A stretch of DNA of 64,000 nt, from assembly GCA_964016885.1 (NCBI GenBank), contig OZ024742.1:13950001-14014000 (forward strand). Direction: 5' to 3'. This document shows positions 11,891-25,900 of this stretch, piece by piece. A program made the translations under genes and the position numbers. The first letter of the stretch is position 1; every line of letters begins with the position of its first letter. The notes beneath the pieces were generated by a model. The model was given only the letters and a program-made list of their open reading frames with translations, searched no databases and had not been told where the DNA came from. Source of the stretch: Eledone cirrhosa (lineage: Eukaryota).

Positions 11891-14429
11891 AAGAGACCAC
11901 CTGACCTAGTCTAACCTCAATGTGAGACCTCTAACCCTAGAAGTGACCAGCTGACCTTGTCTAGCCTCAATGTGAGACTATCTAACCCAAGAAGTGACCA
12001 CCTGACCTAGTCTAGCCTCAATCTGAGACCTAACCCAAGAAGTGACCACCTGACCTAGTGTAACCTCAATCTGAGACCTAACCCTAGAAGTGACCACCTG
12101 ACCTAGTGTAACCTCAATCTGAGACCTAACCCTAGAAGTGACCACCTGACCTAGTCTAGCCTCAATGTGAGACTATCTAACCCAAGAAGTGACCATCTGA
12201 CCTAGTCTAGCCTCAATCTGAGACCTAACCCAAGAAGTGACCACCTGACCTAGTGTAACCTCAATCTGAGACCTAACCCTAGAAGTGACCACCTGACCTA
12301 GTTTAGCCTCAATGTGACCCCTTCAAACCCTAGAAGTGACCACCTGACCTAGTCTAGGTTCGATGTGAGACCTAACCCTAGAAGTGACCACCTGACCTCG
12401 TCTATCCATAATCTGAGACTATCTAACCCAAGAAGTGACCACCTGACCTAGTGTAACCTCAATGTGAGACCCTCTAACCCTAGAAGTGACCACCTTACCT
12501 AGTCTAGCCTCAATGTGAGACCTAACCCTAGAAGTGACCACCTGACCTAGTGTAACCTCAATGTGAGACCGAACCCGAGAAGTGACCACCTGACCTACTC
12601 TAGCCTCAATGTGAGACTATCTAACCCAAGAAGTCACCACCTGACCTAGTCTAGCCTCAATCTGAGACCTAACCCAAGAAGTGACCACCTGACCTAGTGT
12701 AACCTCAATCTGAGACCTAACCCTAGAAGTGACCACCTGACCTAGTCTAGGTTCGATGTGAGACCTAACCCTAGAAGTGACCACCTGACCTAGTCTAGCC
12801 TCCAATGTGAGACCTAACCCTAGAAGTGACAACCTGACCTAGTGTAAACTGAATGTGAGACCTAACCCAAGAAGTGACCACCTGACCTAGTCTAGCCTCA
12901 ATGTGAGACGATCTAACCCAAGAAGTGACCACCTGAACTAGTGTAACCTCAATGAGACCTAACCCTAGAAGTGACAACCTGACCTAGTCTAGCCTCAATG
13001 TGAGACCTAACCCTAGTAGTGACCACCTGACCTAGTCTAGCCTCAACGTGAGACCTAACCCTAGAAGTGACCACCTGACCTAATCTAGCCTCAATGTGAG
13101 ACTATCTAACCCAAGAAGTGACCACCTGGCCTAGTCTAGCCTCAATGTGAGACCATCTAGCCCTAGAAGAGACTACCTGACCTAGTCTAACCTCAATGTG
13201 AGACCTCTAACCCTAGAAGTGACCAGCTGACCTTGTCTAGCCTCAATGTTTGACCTTCTATCCCTAGAAGTGACCACCTGACCTAGTCTAGCCTCAATGT
13301 GAGATAATCTAACGCAAGAAGTGAACACCTGACCTAGTGTAACCTCAATGTGAGACCTAACCCAAGAAGTGACCAGCTGACCTAGTCTAGCCTCAATGTG
13401 AGACTTCTAACCCTAGAAGTGACAACCTGACCGAGTGTAAACTGAATGTGAGACCTAACCCAAGAAGTAACCACCTGAACTAGTGTAAACTCAATGAGAC
13501 CTAACCCTAGAAGTGACAACCTGACCTAGTCTAGCCTCAATGTGAGACCTAACCCTAGCAGTGACCACCTGACCTAGTCTAGCCTCAACGTGAGACCTAA
13601 CCCTAGAAGTGACCACCTGACCTAATCTAGCCTCAATGTGAGACTCTCTAACCCAAGAAGTGACCACCTGACCTAGTCTAGCCTCAATGTGAGACCATCT
13701 AACCCTAGAAGTGACCACCTGACCTAGTCTAACCTCAATGTGAGACCTCTAACCCTAGAAGTGACCAGCTGACCTTGTCTAGCCTCAATGTTTGACCTAT
13801 CCCTAGAAGTGACCACCTGACCTAGTCTAGCCTCAATGTGAGATAATCTAGCGCAAGAAGTGACCACCTGACCTAGTCTAGCCTCAATGTGAGACGATCT
13901 AACCCAAGAAGTGACCACCTGAACTAGTGTAACCTCAATGAGACCTAACCCTAGAAGTGACAACCTGACCTAGTCTAGCCTCAATGTGAGACCTAACCCT
14001 AGTAGTGACCACCTGACCTAGTCTAGCCTCAACGTGAGACCTAACCCTAGAAGTGACCACCTGACCTAATCTAGCCTCAATGTGAGACTATCTAACCCAA
14101 GAAGTGACCACCTGGCCTAGTCTAGCCTCAATGTGAGACCATCTAACCCTAGAAGAGACCACCTGACCTAGTCTAACCTCAATGTGAGACCTAACCCTAG
14201 AAGTGACCAGCTGACCTAGTCTAGCCTCAATGTGAGACTTCTAACCCTAGAAGTGACAACCTGACCGAGTGTAAACTGAATGTGAGACCTAACCCAAGAA
14301 GTAACCACCTGACCTAGTCTAGCCTCCATGTGAGACCTAATCCTAGAAGTGACCACCTGACCTAGTCTAGCCTCAATGTGAGACCTAACCCTAGAAGTGA
14401 TCAGCTGACCTAGTCTAGCCTCAATGTGT

Positions 14430-16900
14430 GACCTATCCCTAGAAGTGACCACCTGACCTAGTGTAACCTAACTCTAGAAGTGACCAACTGACCTAGTCTA
14501 GCCTAAATGTGAGACCTAACCCTAGAAGTGACCACCTGACCTAGTCTAGCCTCAATGTGAGACCATCTAACGCAAGAAGTGACCACCTGACCTAGTGTAA
14601 CCTCAATGTGAGACATAACCCTAGAAGTGACCACCTGACCTAGTCTAACCTCAATGTGTGACCTTTTAACCCTAGAAGTGACCACCTCACCTAGTCTAGC
14701 CTCAATGTGAGACCTAACCCTAGATGTGACCACCTGACCTAGTCTAGCCTCAATGTGAGATTTCTAACCCTAGAAGTGACAACCTGACCAAGTGTAAACT
14801 GAATGAGACCTACTAACCCAAGAAGTGACCACCTGACCTAGTCTAGCCTCAATGTGAGACCTAACCCTAGAAGTGACCACCTGACCTAGTCTGGCCTCAA
14901 TGTGAGACCTAACCCTAGAAGTGACCACCTCACCTAGTCTAACCTCAATGTGAGACCTCTAACCCTAGAAGTGACCAGCTGACCTTGTCTAGCCTCAAGG
15001 TGTGACTTATCCCTAGAAGTGACCACCTGACCTAGTGTAACCTAAACCTAGAAGTGACCACCTGACCTTGTGTAGCCTCACTGAGACCATCTAACGCAAG
15101 GAGTGACCACCTGACCTAGTGTAACCTCAATGTGAGACCTAACCCTAGAAGTGACCACCTTACCTAGTCTAGTCTCAATGTGAGACCTAACCCTAGAGGT
15201 GACCACCTGACCTAGTCTAGCCTCAATATGAGATCTTACTCTAGAAGTGACCACCTGACGTAGTCTAGCCTCAATGTGAGACCTAACCTTAGCTGTGACC
15301 ACCTGACCTAATCTAGTCTCAATGTGAGACTATCTAACCCAAGAAGTGACCAGCTGACCTAGTCTAGCTTCAATGTGAGACCTCTAACCCTAGAAGTGAC
15401 CAGCTGACCTTGTCTAGCCTCACTGAGACCATCTAACGCAAGGAGTGACCACCTGACCTAGTGTAACCTTCTAACCCTAGAAGTGACCACCTTACCTAGT
15501 CTAGTCTCAATGTGAGACCTAACCCTAGAAGTGACCACCTGACCTAGTCTAGCCTCAATGTGAGATCTTACTCTAGAAGTGACCACCTGACCTAGTCTAG
15601 CCTCAATCTGAGACCTAACCCAAGAAGTGACCACCTGACCTAGTGTAACCTCAATCTGAGACCTAACCCTAGAAGTGACCACCTGACCTAGTTTAGCCTC
15701 AATGTGACCCCTTCAAACACTAGAAGTGACCACCTGACCTAGTCTAGGTTCGATGTGAGACCTAACCCTAGAAGTGACCACCTGACCTAGTCTAGCCTCC
15801 AATGTGAGACCTAACCCTAGAAGTGACCACCTGGCCTAGTCTAGCCTCAATGTGAGACCTAACCCTAGAAGTGACCACCTGACCTAGTCTAGCCTCAATG
15901 TGAGACCTAACCCTAGAAGTGACCACCTGACCTAGTCTAGTTTCAATGTGAGACCTAACCCTAAAAGTGACCACCTGACCTAGTCTAGCCTCAATGTGAG
16001 ACCATCTAACCCTAGAAGTGACCACCTTACCTAGTCTAGTCTCAATGTGAGACCTAACCCTAGAAGTGACCAGCTGACCTAGTCTAGCCTCAATGTGAGA
16101 CTTCTAACCCTAGAAGTGACAACCTGACCTAGTGTAAACTGAATGTGAGACCTAACCCAAGAAGTGACCACCTGATTTAGTCTAGCCTCAATGTGAGACG
16201 ATCTAACCCAAGAAGTGACCACCTGAACTAGTGTAACCTCAATGAGACCTAACCCTAGAAGTGACAACCTGACCTAGTCTAGCCTCAATGTGAGACCTAA
16301 CCCTAGTAGTGACCACCTGACCTAGTCTAGCCTCAACGTGAGACCTAACCCTAGAAGTGACCACCTGACCTAATCTAGCCTCAGTGTGAGACTATCTAAC
16401 CCAAGAAGTGACCACCTGACCTAGTCTAGCCTCAATGTGAGACCATCTAACCCTAGAAGTGACCACCTGACCTAGTCTAGCCTCCAATGTGAGACCTAAC
16501 CCTAGAAGTGACCAGCTGGCCTAGTCTAGCCTCAATGTGAGACCTAACCCTAGAAGTGACCACCTGACCTAGTCTAGCCTCAATGTGTGACCTATCCCTA
16601 GAAGTGACCACCTGACCTAGTGTAACCTAACTCTAGAAGTGACCAACTGACCTAGTCTAGCCTAAATGTGAGACCTAACCCTAGAAGTGACCACCTGACC
16701 TAGTCTAGCCTCAATGTGAGACCATCTAACGCAAGAAGTGACCACCTGACCTAGTGTAACCTCAATGTGAGACATAACCCTAGATGTGACCACCTGACCT
16801 AGTCTAACCTCAATGTGTGACCTTTTAACCCTAGAAGTGACCACCTCACCTAGTCTAGCCTCAATGTGAGACCTAACCCTAGAAGTGACCACCTGACCTA
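14430..16900. repeat. About 1.15 units of HOR family B (2,159 bp) carried at the end of duplication copy 1
   Basis: 14503->16662 = 2,159. It carries the same markers as the 35-61 kb units (GTGTAACCTAACTCTAG, AAGGTGTGACTTATCC, CTGATTTAG). Confidence 0.85.
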
Positions 16901-19900
16901 GTCTATCCATAATGTGAGACTATCTAACCCAAGAAGTGACCACCTGACCTAGTCTAGCCTCAATGTGAGACTTCTAACCCAAGAAGTGACCACCTGACCT
17001 GGTGTTACCTCAATGTGAGACCCTCTAACCCTAGAAGAGACCACCTTACCTAGTCTAGCCTCAATGTGAGACCTAACCCTAGAAGTGACCACCTGACCTA
17101 GTCTAGCCTCAATGTGAGACATAACCCTAGAAGTGACCACCTGACCTAGTCTAGCTTCAATGTGAGATCTAACCCTAGAAGTGACCACCTGGCCTAGTCT
17201 AGCCTCAATGTGAGACCTAACCCTAGAAGTGACCACCTGACCTAGTCTAGCCTCAATGTGTGACCTAACCCTAGAAGTGACCACCTGACCTAGTCTAGCC
17301 TCAACGTGAGACCATCTAACCCAAGAAGTGACCACCTGACCTAGTCTAGCCTCAATGTGAGGCCTAAGCCTAGAAGTCAGCAAGACCTAGTCTAGCCTCA
17401 ATGTGAGACCTTCTAGCCCTGGAAGTGATCACCTGACCTAGTCTAGCCTCAATGTGAGACTTCTAACCCTAGAAGTGACCACCTGACCTAGTCTAGCCTC
17501 AATGTGAGACCTTCTAAACCTAGAAGTGACCACCTGACGTAGTGTAACCTTAATGTGAGAGCTTCTAACCCAATAAGTGACCACCTGACCTAGTTTAACC
17601 TCAATGTGAGACTTCTAACCATAGAAGTGACCACCTGACCTAGTCTAGCCTCAATGTGAGATGATCTAACCCAAGAAGTGACCAGGTGACCTAGTCTAGC
17701 CTCAATGTGAGACTTCTAACCCTAGAAGTGATAACCTGACCTAGTGTAAACTGAATGTGAGACCTAACCCAAGAATTGACCACCTGACCTAGTCTAGCCT
17801 CAATGTGAGATGATCTAACCCAAGAAGTGACCACCTGACCTAGTGTAACCTCAATGAGACCTAACCCTAGAAGTGACCACCTGACCTAGTCTAGCCTCAA
17901 TGTGAGATCTTCTAACCCTTGAAGTGACCACCTGACCTAGTCTAGCCTCATTGTGAGACCTAATCCAAGATGTGACCACCTAAACTAGTCTAACCTCAAT
18001 GTGAGACCTTCTAACCTTAGCAGTGACCACCTGACCTAGTCTAGCCTCAATGTGAGACCTAACCCTAGAAGTGACCACCTGACTTAGTCTAGCCTCAATG
18101 TGAGACCTAACCCTTGAAGTGACCACCTGACCTAGTCTAGCCTCAATGTGAGACTATCTAACCCAAGAAGTGACCACCTGACCTAGTCTAGCATCAATTT
18201 GAGACTAGCTAACCCAAGAAGTGACCACCTGACGTAGTGTAACCTCAATGTGAGACCTAACCCTAGTAGTGACCACCTGACCTAGTCTAGCCTCAATGTG
18301 AGACCTAACCCTAGAAGTGACCACCTGACCTAGTCAAGCTTCAATGTGTGACCTAACCCTAGAAGTGACCACCTGACTTAGTCTAGCCTCAATGTGAGAC
18401 CTAAACCTAGAAGTGACCACCTGACCTAGTCTAGCCTCAATGTGACACTATCTAACCCAAGAAGTGACCACCTGACCTAGTCTAGCCTCAATCTGAGACC
18501 TAACCCAAGAAGTGACCACCTGATCTAGTGTAACCTCAATCTGAGACCTAACCCTAGAAGTGACCACCTGACCTAGTTTAGCCTCAATGTGACACCTTCA
18601 AGCCCTAGAAGTGACCACCTGACCTACTTTAGCCTCAATGTGAGACCATCTAACCCTAGAAGTGACCACCTGACCTAGTTTATGTTCGATGTGAGACCTA
18701 ACCCTAGAAGTGACCACCTGACCTAGTCTAGCCTCCAATGTGAGACCTTCTAACCCTAGAAGTGACCACCTGACCTAGTCTAGCCTCAATGTGAGACCTA
18801 ACCCTAGAAGTGACCACCTGACCTAGTCTAGCCTCAATATGAGACCTAACCCTAGAAGTGACCACCTGACCTAATCTAGTTTCAATGTGAGACCTAACCC
18901 TAAAAGTGACCACCTGACCTAGTCTAGCCTCAATGTGAGACCATCTAACCCTAAAAGTGACCACCTGACCTAGTCTAGCCTCAATGTGAGACTTCTAACC
19001 CTAGAAGTGACAACCTGACCTAGTCTAGCCTCAATGTGAGACGATCTAACCCAAGAAGTGACCACCTGATCTAGTGTAACCTCAATGAGACCTAACCCTA
19101 GAAGTGACCATCTGACCTAGTCTAGCCTCAATGTGAGACCTAACCCTAGAAGTGACCACCTGACCTCGTCTATCCATAATGTGAGACTATCTAACCCAAG
19201 AAGTGACCACCTGACCTAGTCTAGCCTTAATGTAAGACTTCTAACCCAAGAAGTGACCACCTGACCTAGTGTAACCTCAATGTGAGACCCTCTAACCCTA
19301 GAAGTGACCACCTTACCTAGTCTAGCCTCAATGTGAGACCTAACCCTAGAAGTGACCACCTGACCTAGTGTAACCTCAATGTGAGACCTAACCCTAGAAG
19401 TGACCACCTGACCTAGTCTAGCCTCAATCTGAGACCTAACCCAAGAAGTGACCACCTGACCTAGTGTAACCTCAATCTGAGACCTAACCCTAGAAGTGAC
19501 CACCTGACCTAGTTTAGCCTCAATGTGACCCCTTCAAACCCTAGAAGTGACCACCTGACCTAGTCTAGGTTCGATGTGAGACCTAACCCTAGAAGTGACC
19601 ACCTGACCTAGTCTAGCCTCCAATGTGAGACCTTCTAACCCAAGAAGTGACCACCTGACCTAGTGTAACCTCAATGTGAGACCCTCTAACCCTAGAAGTG
19701 ACCACCTTACCTAGTCTAGCCTCAATGTGAGACCTAACCCTAGAAGTGACCACCTGACCTAGTGTAACCTCAATGTGAGACCTAACCCTAGAAGTGACCA
19801 CCTGACCTAGTCTAGCCTCAATGTTAGACTATCTAACCCAAGAAGTGACGACCTGACCTAGTCTAGCCTCAATCTGAGACCTAACCCAAGAAGTGACCAC

Positions 19901-22900
19901 CTGACCTAGTCTAGCCTCAATGTGAGACCTAACCCTAGAAGTGACCACCTGACCTAGTCTAGTTTCAATGTGAGACCTAACCCTAAAAGTGACCACCTGA
20001 CCTAGTCTAGCCTCAATGTGAGACCATCTAACCCTAGAAGTCACCACCTTACCTAGTCTAGTCTCAATGTGAGACCTAACCCTAGAAGTGACCAGCTGAC
20101 CTAGTCTAGCCTCAATGTGAGACTTCTAACCCTAGAAGTGACAACCTGACCTAGTGTAAACTGAATGTGAGACCTAACCCAAGAAGTGACCACCTGACCT
20201 AGTCTAGCCTCAATGTGAGACGATCTAACCCAAGAAATGACCACCTGAACTAGTGTAACCTCAATGAGACCTAACCCTAGAAGTGACAACCTAACCTAGT
20301 CTAGCCTCAATGTGAGACCTAACCCTAGTACTGACCACCTGACCTAGTCTAGCCTCAACGTGAGACCTAACCCTAGAAGTGACCACCTGACCTAATCTAG
20401 CCTCAGTGTGAGACTATCTAACCCAAGAAGTGACCACCTGACCTAGTCTAGCCTCAATGTGAGACCATCTAACCCTAGAAGTGACCACCTGACCTAGTCT
20501 AGCCTCAATGTGAGACTTCTAACCCTAGAAGTGACAACCTGACCTAGTGTAAACTCAATGTGAAACCTAACCCAAGAAGTGACCACCTGACCTAGTCTAG
20601 CCTCAATGTGAGACGATCTAACCCAAGAAGTGACCACCTGACCTAGTGTAACCTCAATGAGACCTTCTTACCCTAGAAGTGACCATCTGACCTAGTCTAG
20701 CCTCAATGTGAGACCTAATCCTAGAAGTGACCACCTGACCTCGTCTATCCATAATGTGAGACTATCTAACCCAAGAAGTGACCACCTGACCTAGTCTAGC
20801 CTCAATGTGAGACTTCTAACCCAAGAAGTGACCACCTGACCTGGTGTTACCTCAATGTGAGACCCTCTAACCCTAGAAGAGACCACCTTACCTAGTCTAG
20901 CCTCAATGTGAGACCTAACCCTAGAAGTGACCACCTGACCTAGTCTAGCCTCAATGTGAGACATAACCCTAGAAGTGACCACCTGACCTAGTCTAGCTTC
21001 AATGTGAGATCTAACCCTAGAAGTGACCACCTGGCCTAGTCTAGCCTCAATGTGAGACCTAACCCTAGAAGTGACCACCTGACCTAGTCTAGCCTCAATG
21101 TGTGACCTAACCCTAGAAGTGACCACCTGACCTAGTCTAGCCTCAACGTGAGACCATCTAACCCAAGAAGTGACCACCTGACCTAGTCTAGCCTCAATGT
21201 GAGACCTAAGCCGAGAAGTCAGCAAGACCTAGTCTAGCCCTGGAAGTGATCACCTGACCTAGTCTAGCCTCAATGTGAGACTTCTAACCCTAGAAGTGAC
21301 CACCTGACCTAGTCTAGCCTCAATGTGAGACCTTCTAAACCTAGAAGTGACCACCTGACGTAGTGTAACCTTAATGTGAGAGCTTCTAACCCAATAAGTG
21401 ACCACCTGACCTAGTTTAACCTCAATGTGAGACTTCTAACCATAGAAGTGACCACCTGACCTAGTCTAGCCTCAGTGTGAGATGATCTAACCCAAGAAGT
21501 GACCACCTGACCTAGTGTAACCTCAATGAGACCTAACCCTAGAAGTGACCACCTGACCTAGTCTAGCCTCAATGTGAGACCTTCTAACCTTAGAAGTGAC
21601 CACCTGACCTAATCTAGTCTCAATGTGAGACTATCTAACCCAAGAAGTGACCAGGTGACCTAGTCTAGCCTCAATGTGAGACTTCTAACCCTAGAAGTGA
21701 TAACCTGACCTAGTGTAAACTGAATGTGAGACCTAACCCAAGAATTGACCACCTGACCTAGTCTAGCCTCAATGTGAGATGATCTAACCCAAGAAGTGAC
21801 CACCTGACCTAGTGTAACCTCAATGAGACCTAACCCTAGAAGTGACCACCTGACCTAGTCTAGCCTCAATGTGAGATCTTCTAACCCTTGAAGTGACCAC
21901 CTGACCTAGTCTAGCCTCATTGTGAGACCTAATCCAAGATGTGACCACCTAAACTAGTCTAACCTCAATGTGAGACCTTCTAACCTTAGCAGTGACCACC
22001 TGACCTAGTCTAGCCTCAATGTGAGACCTAACCCTAGAAGTGACCACCTGACCTAGTCTAGTTTCAATGTGAGACCTAACCCTAAAAGTGACCACCTGAC
22101 CTAGTCTAGCCTCAATGTGAGACCATCTAACCCTAGAAGTCACCACCTTACCTAGTCTAGTCTCAATGTGAGACCTAACCCTAGAAGTGACCAGCTGACC
22201 TAGTCTAGCCTCAATGTGAGACTTCTAACCCTAGAAGTGACAACCTGACCTAGTGTAAACTGAATGTGAGACCTAACCCAAGAAGTGACCACCTGACCTA
22301 GTCTAGCCTCAATGTGAGACGATCTAACCCAAGAAATGACCACCTGAACTAGTGTAACCTCAATGAGACCTAACCCTAGAAGTGACAACCTAACCTAGTC
22401 TAGCCTCAATGTGAGACCTAACCCTAGTACTGACCACCTGACCTAGTCTAGCCTCAACGTGAGACCTAACCCTAGAAGTGACCACCTGACCTAATCTAGC
22501 CTCAGTGTGAGACTATCTAACCCAAGAAGTGACCACCTGACCTAGTCTAGCCTCAATGTGAGACCATCTAACCCTAGAAGTGACCACCTGACCTAGTCTA
22601 GCCTCAATGTGAGACTTCTAACCCTAGAAGTGACAACCTGACCTAGTGTAAACTCAATGTGAAACCTAACCCAAGAAGTGACCACCTGACCTAGTCTAGC
22701 CTCAATGTGAGACGATCTAACCCAAGAAGTGACCACCTGACCTAGTGTAACCTCAATGAGACCTTCTTACCCTAGAAGTGACCATCTGACCTAGTCTAGC
22801 CTCAATGTGAGACCTAATCCTAGAAGTGACCACCTGACCTCGTCTATCCATAATGTGAGACTATCTAACCCAAGAAGTGACCACCTGACCTAGTCTAGCC

Positions 22901-25900
22901 TCAATGTGAGACTTCTAACCCAAGAAGTGACCACCTGACCTGGTGTTACCTCAATGTGAGACCCTCTAACCCTAGAAGAGACCACCTTACCTAGTCTAGC
23001 CTCAATGTGAGACCTAACCCTAGAAGTGACCACCTGACCTAGTCTAGCCTCAATGTGAGACATAACCCTAGAAGTGACCACCTGACCTAGTCTAGCTTCA
23101 ATGTGAGATCTAACCCTAGAAGTGACCACCTGGCCTAGTCTAGCCTCAATGTGAGACCTAACCCTAGAAGTGACCACCTGACCTAGTCTAGCCTCAATGT
23201 GTGACCTAACCCTAGAAGTGACCACCTGACCTAGTCTAGCCTCAACGTGAGACCATCTAACCCAAGAAGTGACCACCTGACCTAGTCTAGCCTCAATGTG
23301 AGACCTAAGCCGAGAAGTCAGCAAGACCTAGTCTAGCCCTGGAAGTGATCACCTGACCTAGTCTAGCCTCAATGTGAGACTTCTAACCCTAGAAGTGACC
23401 ACCTGACCTAGTCTAGCCTCAATGTGAGACCTTCTAAACCTAGAAGTGACCACCTGACGTAGTGTAACCTTAATGTGAGAGCTTCTAACCCAATAAGTGA
23501 CCACCTGACCTAGTTTAACCTCAATGTGAGACTTCTAACCATAGAAGTGACCACCTGACCTAGTCTAGCCTCAATGTGAGATGATCTAACCCAAGAAGTG
23601 ACCACCTGACCTAGTGTAACCTCAATGAGACCTAACCCTAGAAGTGACCACCTGACCTAGTCTAGCCTCAATGTGAGACCTTCTAACCTTAGAAGTGACC
23701 ACCTGACCTAATCTAGTCTCAATGTGAGACTATCTAACCCAAGAAGTGACCAGGTGACCTAGTCTAGCCTCAATGTGAGACTTCTAACCCTAGAAGTGAT
23801 AACCTGACCTAGTGTAAACTGAATGTGAGACCTAACCCAAGAATTGACCACCTGACCTAGTCTAGCCTCAATGTGAGATGATCTAACCCAAGAAGTGACC
23901 ACCTGACCTAGTGTAACCTCAATGAGACCTAACCCTAGAAGTGACCACCTGACCTAGTCTAGCCTCAATGTGAGATCTTCTAACCCTTGAAGTGACCACC
24001 TGACCTAGTCTAGCCTCATTGTGAGACCTAATCCAAGATGTGACCACCTAAACTAGTCTAACCTCAATGTGAGACCTTCTAACCTTAGCAGTGACCACCT
24101 GACCTAGTCTAGCCTCAATGTGAGACCTAACCCTAGAAGTGACCACCTGACTTAGTCTAGCCTCAATGTGAGACCTAACCCTTGAAGTGACCACCTGACC
24201 TAGTCTAGCCTCAATGTGAGACTATCTAACCCAAGAAGTGACCACCTGACCTAGTCTAGCATCAATTTGAGACTAGCTAACCCAAGAAGTGACCACCTGA
24301 CGTAGTGTAACCTCAATGTGAGACCTAACCCTAGTAGTGACCACCTGACCTAGTCTAGCCTCAATGTGAGACCTAACCCTAGAAGTGACCACCTGACCTA
24401 GTCAAGCTTCAATGTGTGACCTAACCCTAGAAGTGACCACCTGACTTAGTCTAGCCTCAATGTGAGACCTAAACCTAGAAGTGACCACCTGACCTAGTCT
24501 AGCCTCAATGTGACACTATCTAACCCAAGAAGTGACCACCTGACCTAGTCTAGCCTCAATCTGAGACCTAACCCAAGAAGTGACCACCTGATCTAGTGTA
24601 ACCTCAATCTGAGACCTAACCCTAGAAGTGACCACCTGACCTAGTTTAGCCTCAATGTGACACCTTCAAGCCCTAGAAGTGACCACCTGACCTACTTTAG
24701 CCTCAATGTGAGACCATCTAACCCTAGAAGTGACCACCTGACCTAGTTTATGTTCGATGTGAGACCTAACCCTAGAAGTGACCACCTGACCTAGTCTAGC
24801 CTCCAATGTGAGACCTTCTAACCCTAGAAGTGACCACCTGACCTAGTCTAGCCTCAATGTGAGACCTAACCCTAGAAGTGACCACCTGACCTAGTCTAGC
24901 CTCAATATGAGACCTAACCCTAGAAGTGACCACCTGACCTAATCTAGTTTCAATGTGAGACCTAACCCTAAAAGTGACCACCTGACCTAGTCTAGCCTCA
25001 ATGTGAGACCATCTAACCCTAAAAGTGACCACCTGACCTAGTCTAGCCTCAATGTGAGACTTCTAACCCTAGAAGTGACAACCTGACCTAGTCTAGCCTC
25101 AATGTGAGACGATCTAACCCAAGAAGTGACCACCTGATCTAGTGTAACCTCAATGAGACCTAACCCTAGAAGTGACCATCTGACCTAGTCTAGCCTCAAT
25201 GTGAGACCTAACCCTAGAAGTGACCACCTGACCTCGTCTATCCATAATGTGAGACTATCTAACCCAAGAAGTGACCACCTGACCTAGTCTAGCCTTAATG
25301 TAAGACTTCTAACCCAAGAAGTGACCACCTGACCTAGTGTAACCTCAATGTGAGACCCTCTAACCCTAGAAGTGACCACCTTACCTAGTCTAGCCTCAAT
25401 GTGAGACCTAACCCTAGAAGTGACCACCTGACCTAGTGTAACCTCAATGTGAGACCTAACCCTAGAAGTGACCACCTGACCTAGTCTAGCCTCAATCTGA
25501 GACCTAACCCAAGAAGTGACCACCTGACCTAGTGTAACCTCAATCTGAGACCTAACCCTAGAAGTGACCACCTGACCTAGTTTAGCCTCAATGTGACCCC
25601 TTCAAACCCTAGAAGTGACCACCTGACCTAGTCTAGGTTCGATGTGAGACCTAACCCTAGAAGTGACCACCTGACCTAGTCTAGCCTCCAATGTGAGACC
25701 TTCTAACCCAAGAAGTGACCACCTGACCTAGTGTAACCTCAATGTGAGACCCTCTAACCCTAGAAGTGACCACCTTACCTAGTCTAGCCTCAATGTGAGA
25801 CCTAACCCTAGAAGTGACCACCTGACCTAGTGTAACCTCAATGTGAGACCTAACCCTAGAAGTGACCACCTGACCTAGTCTAGCCTCAATGTTAGACTAT

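Larger units (their letters stand above)
2293..16900. repeat. Copy 1 (14,608 bp) of a large tandem segmental duplication inside the satellite
   Basis: Identical ORF-track signatures recur at fixed offsets: 2341->16949 (+14,608), 6135->20791 and 10140->24796 (+14,656), 12617->33341 and 16079->36803 (+20,724). Confidence 0.9.
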
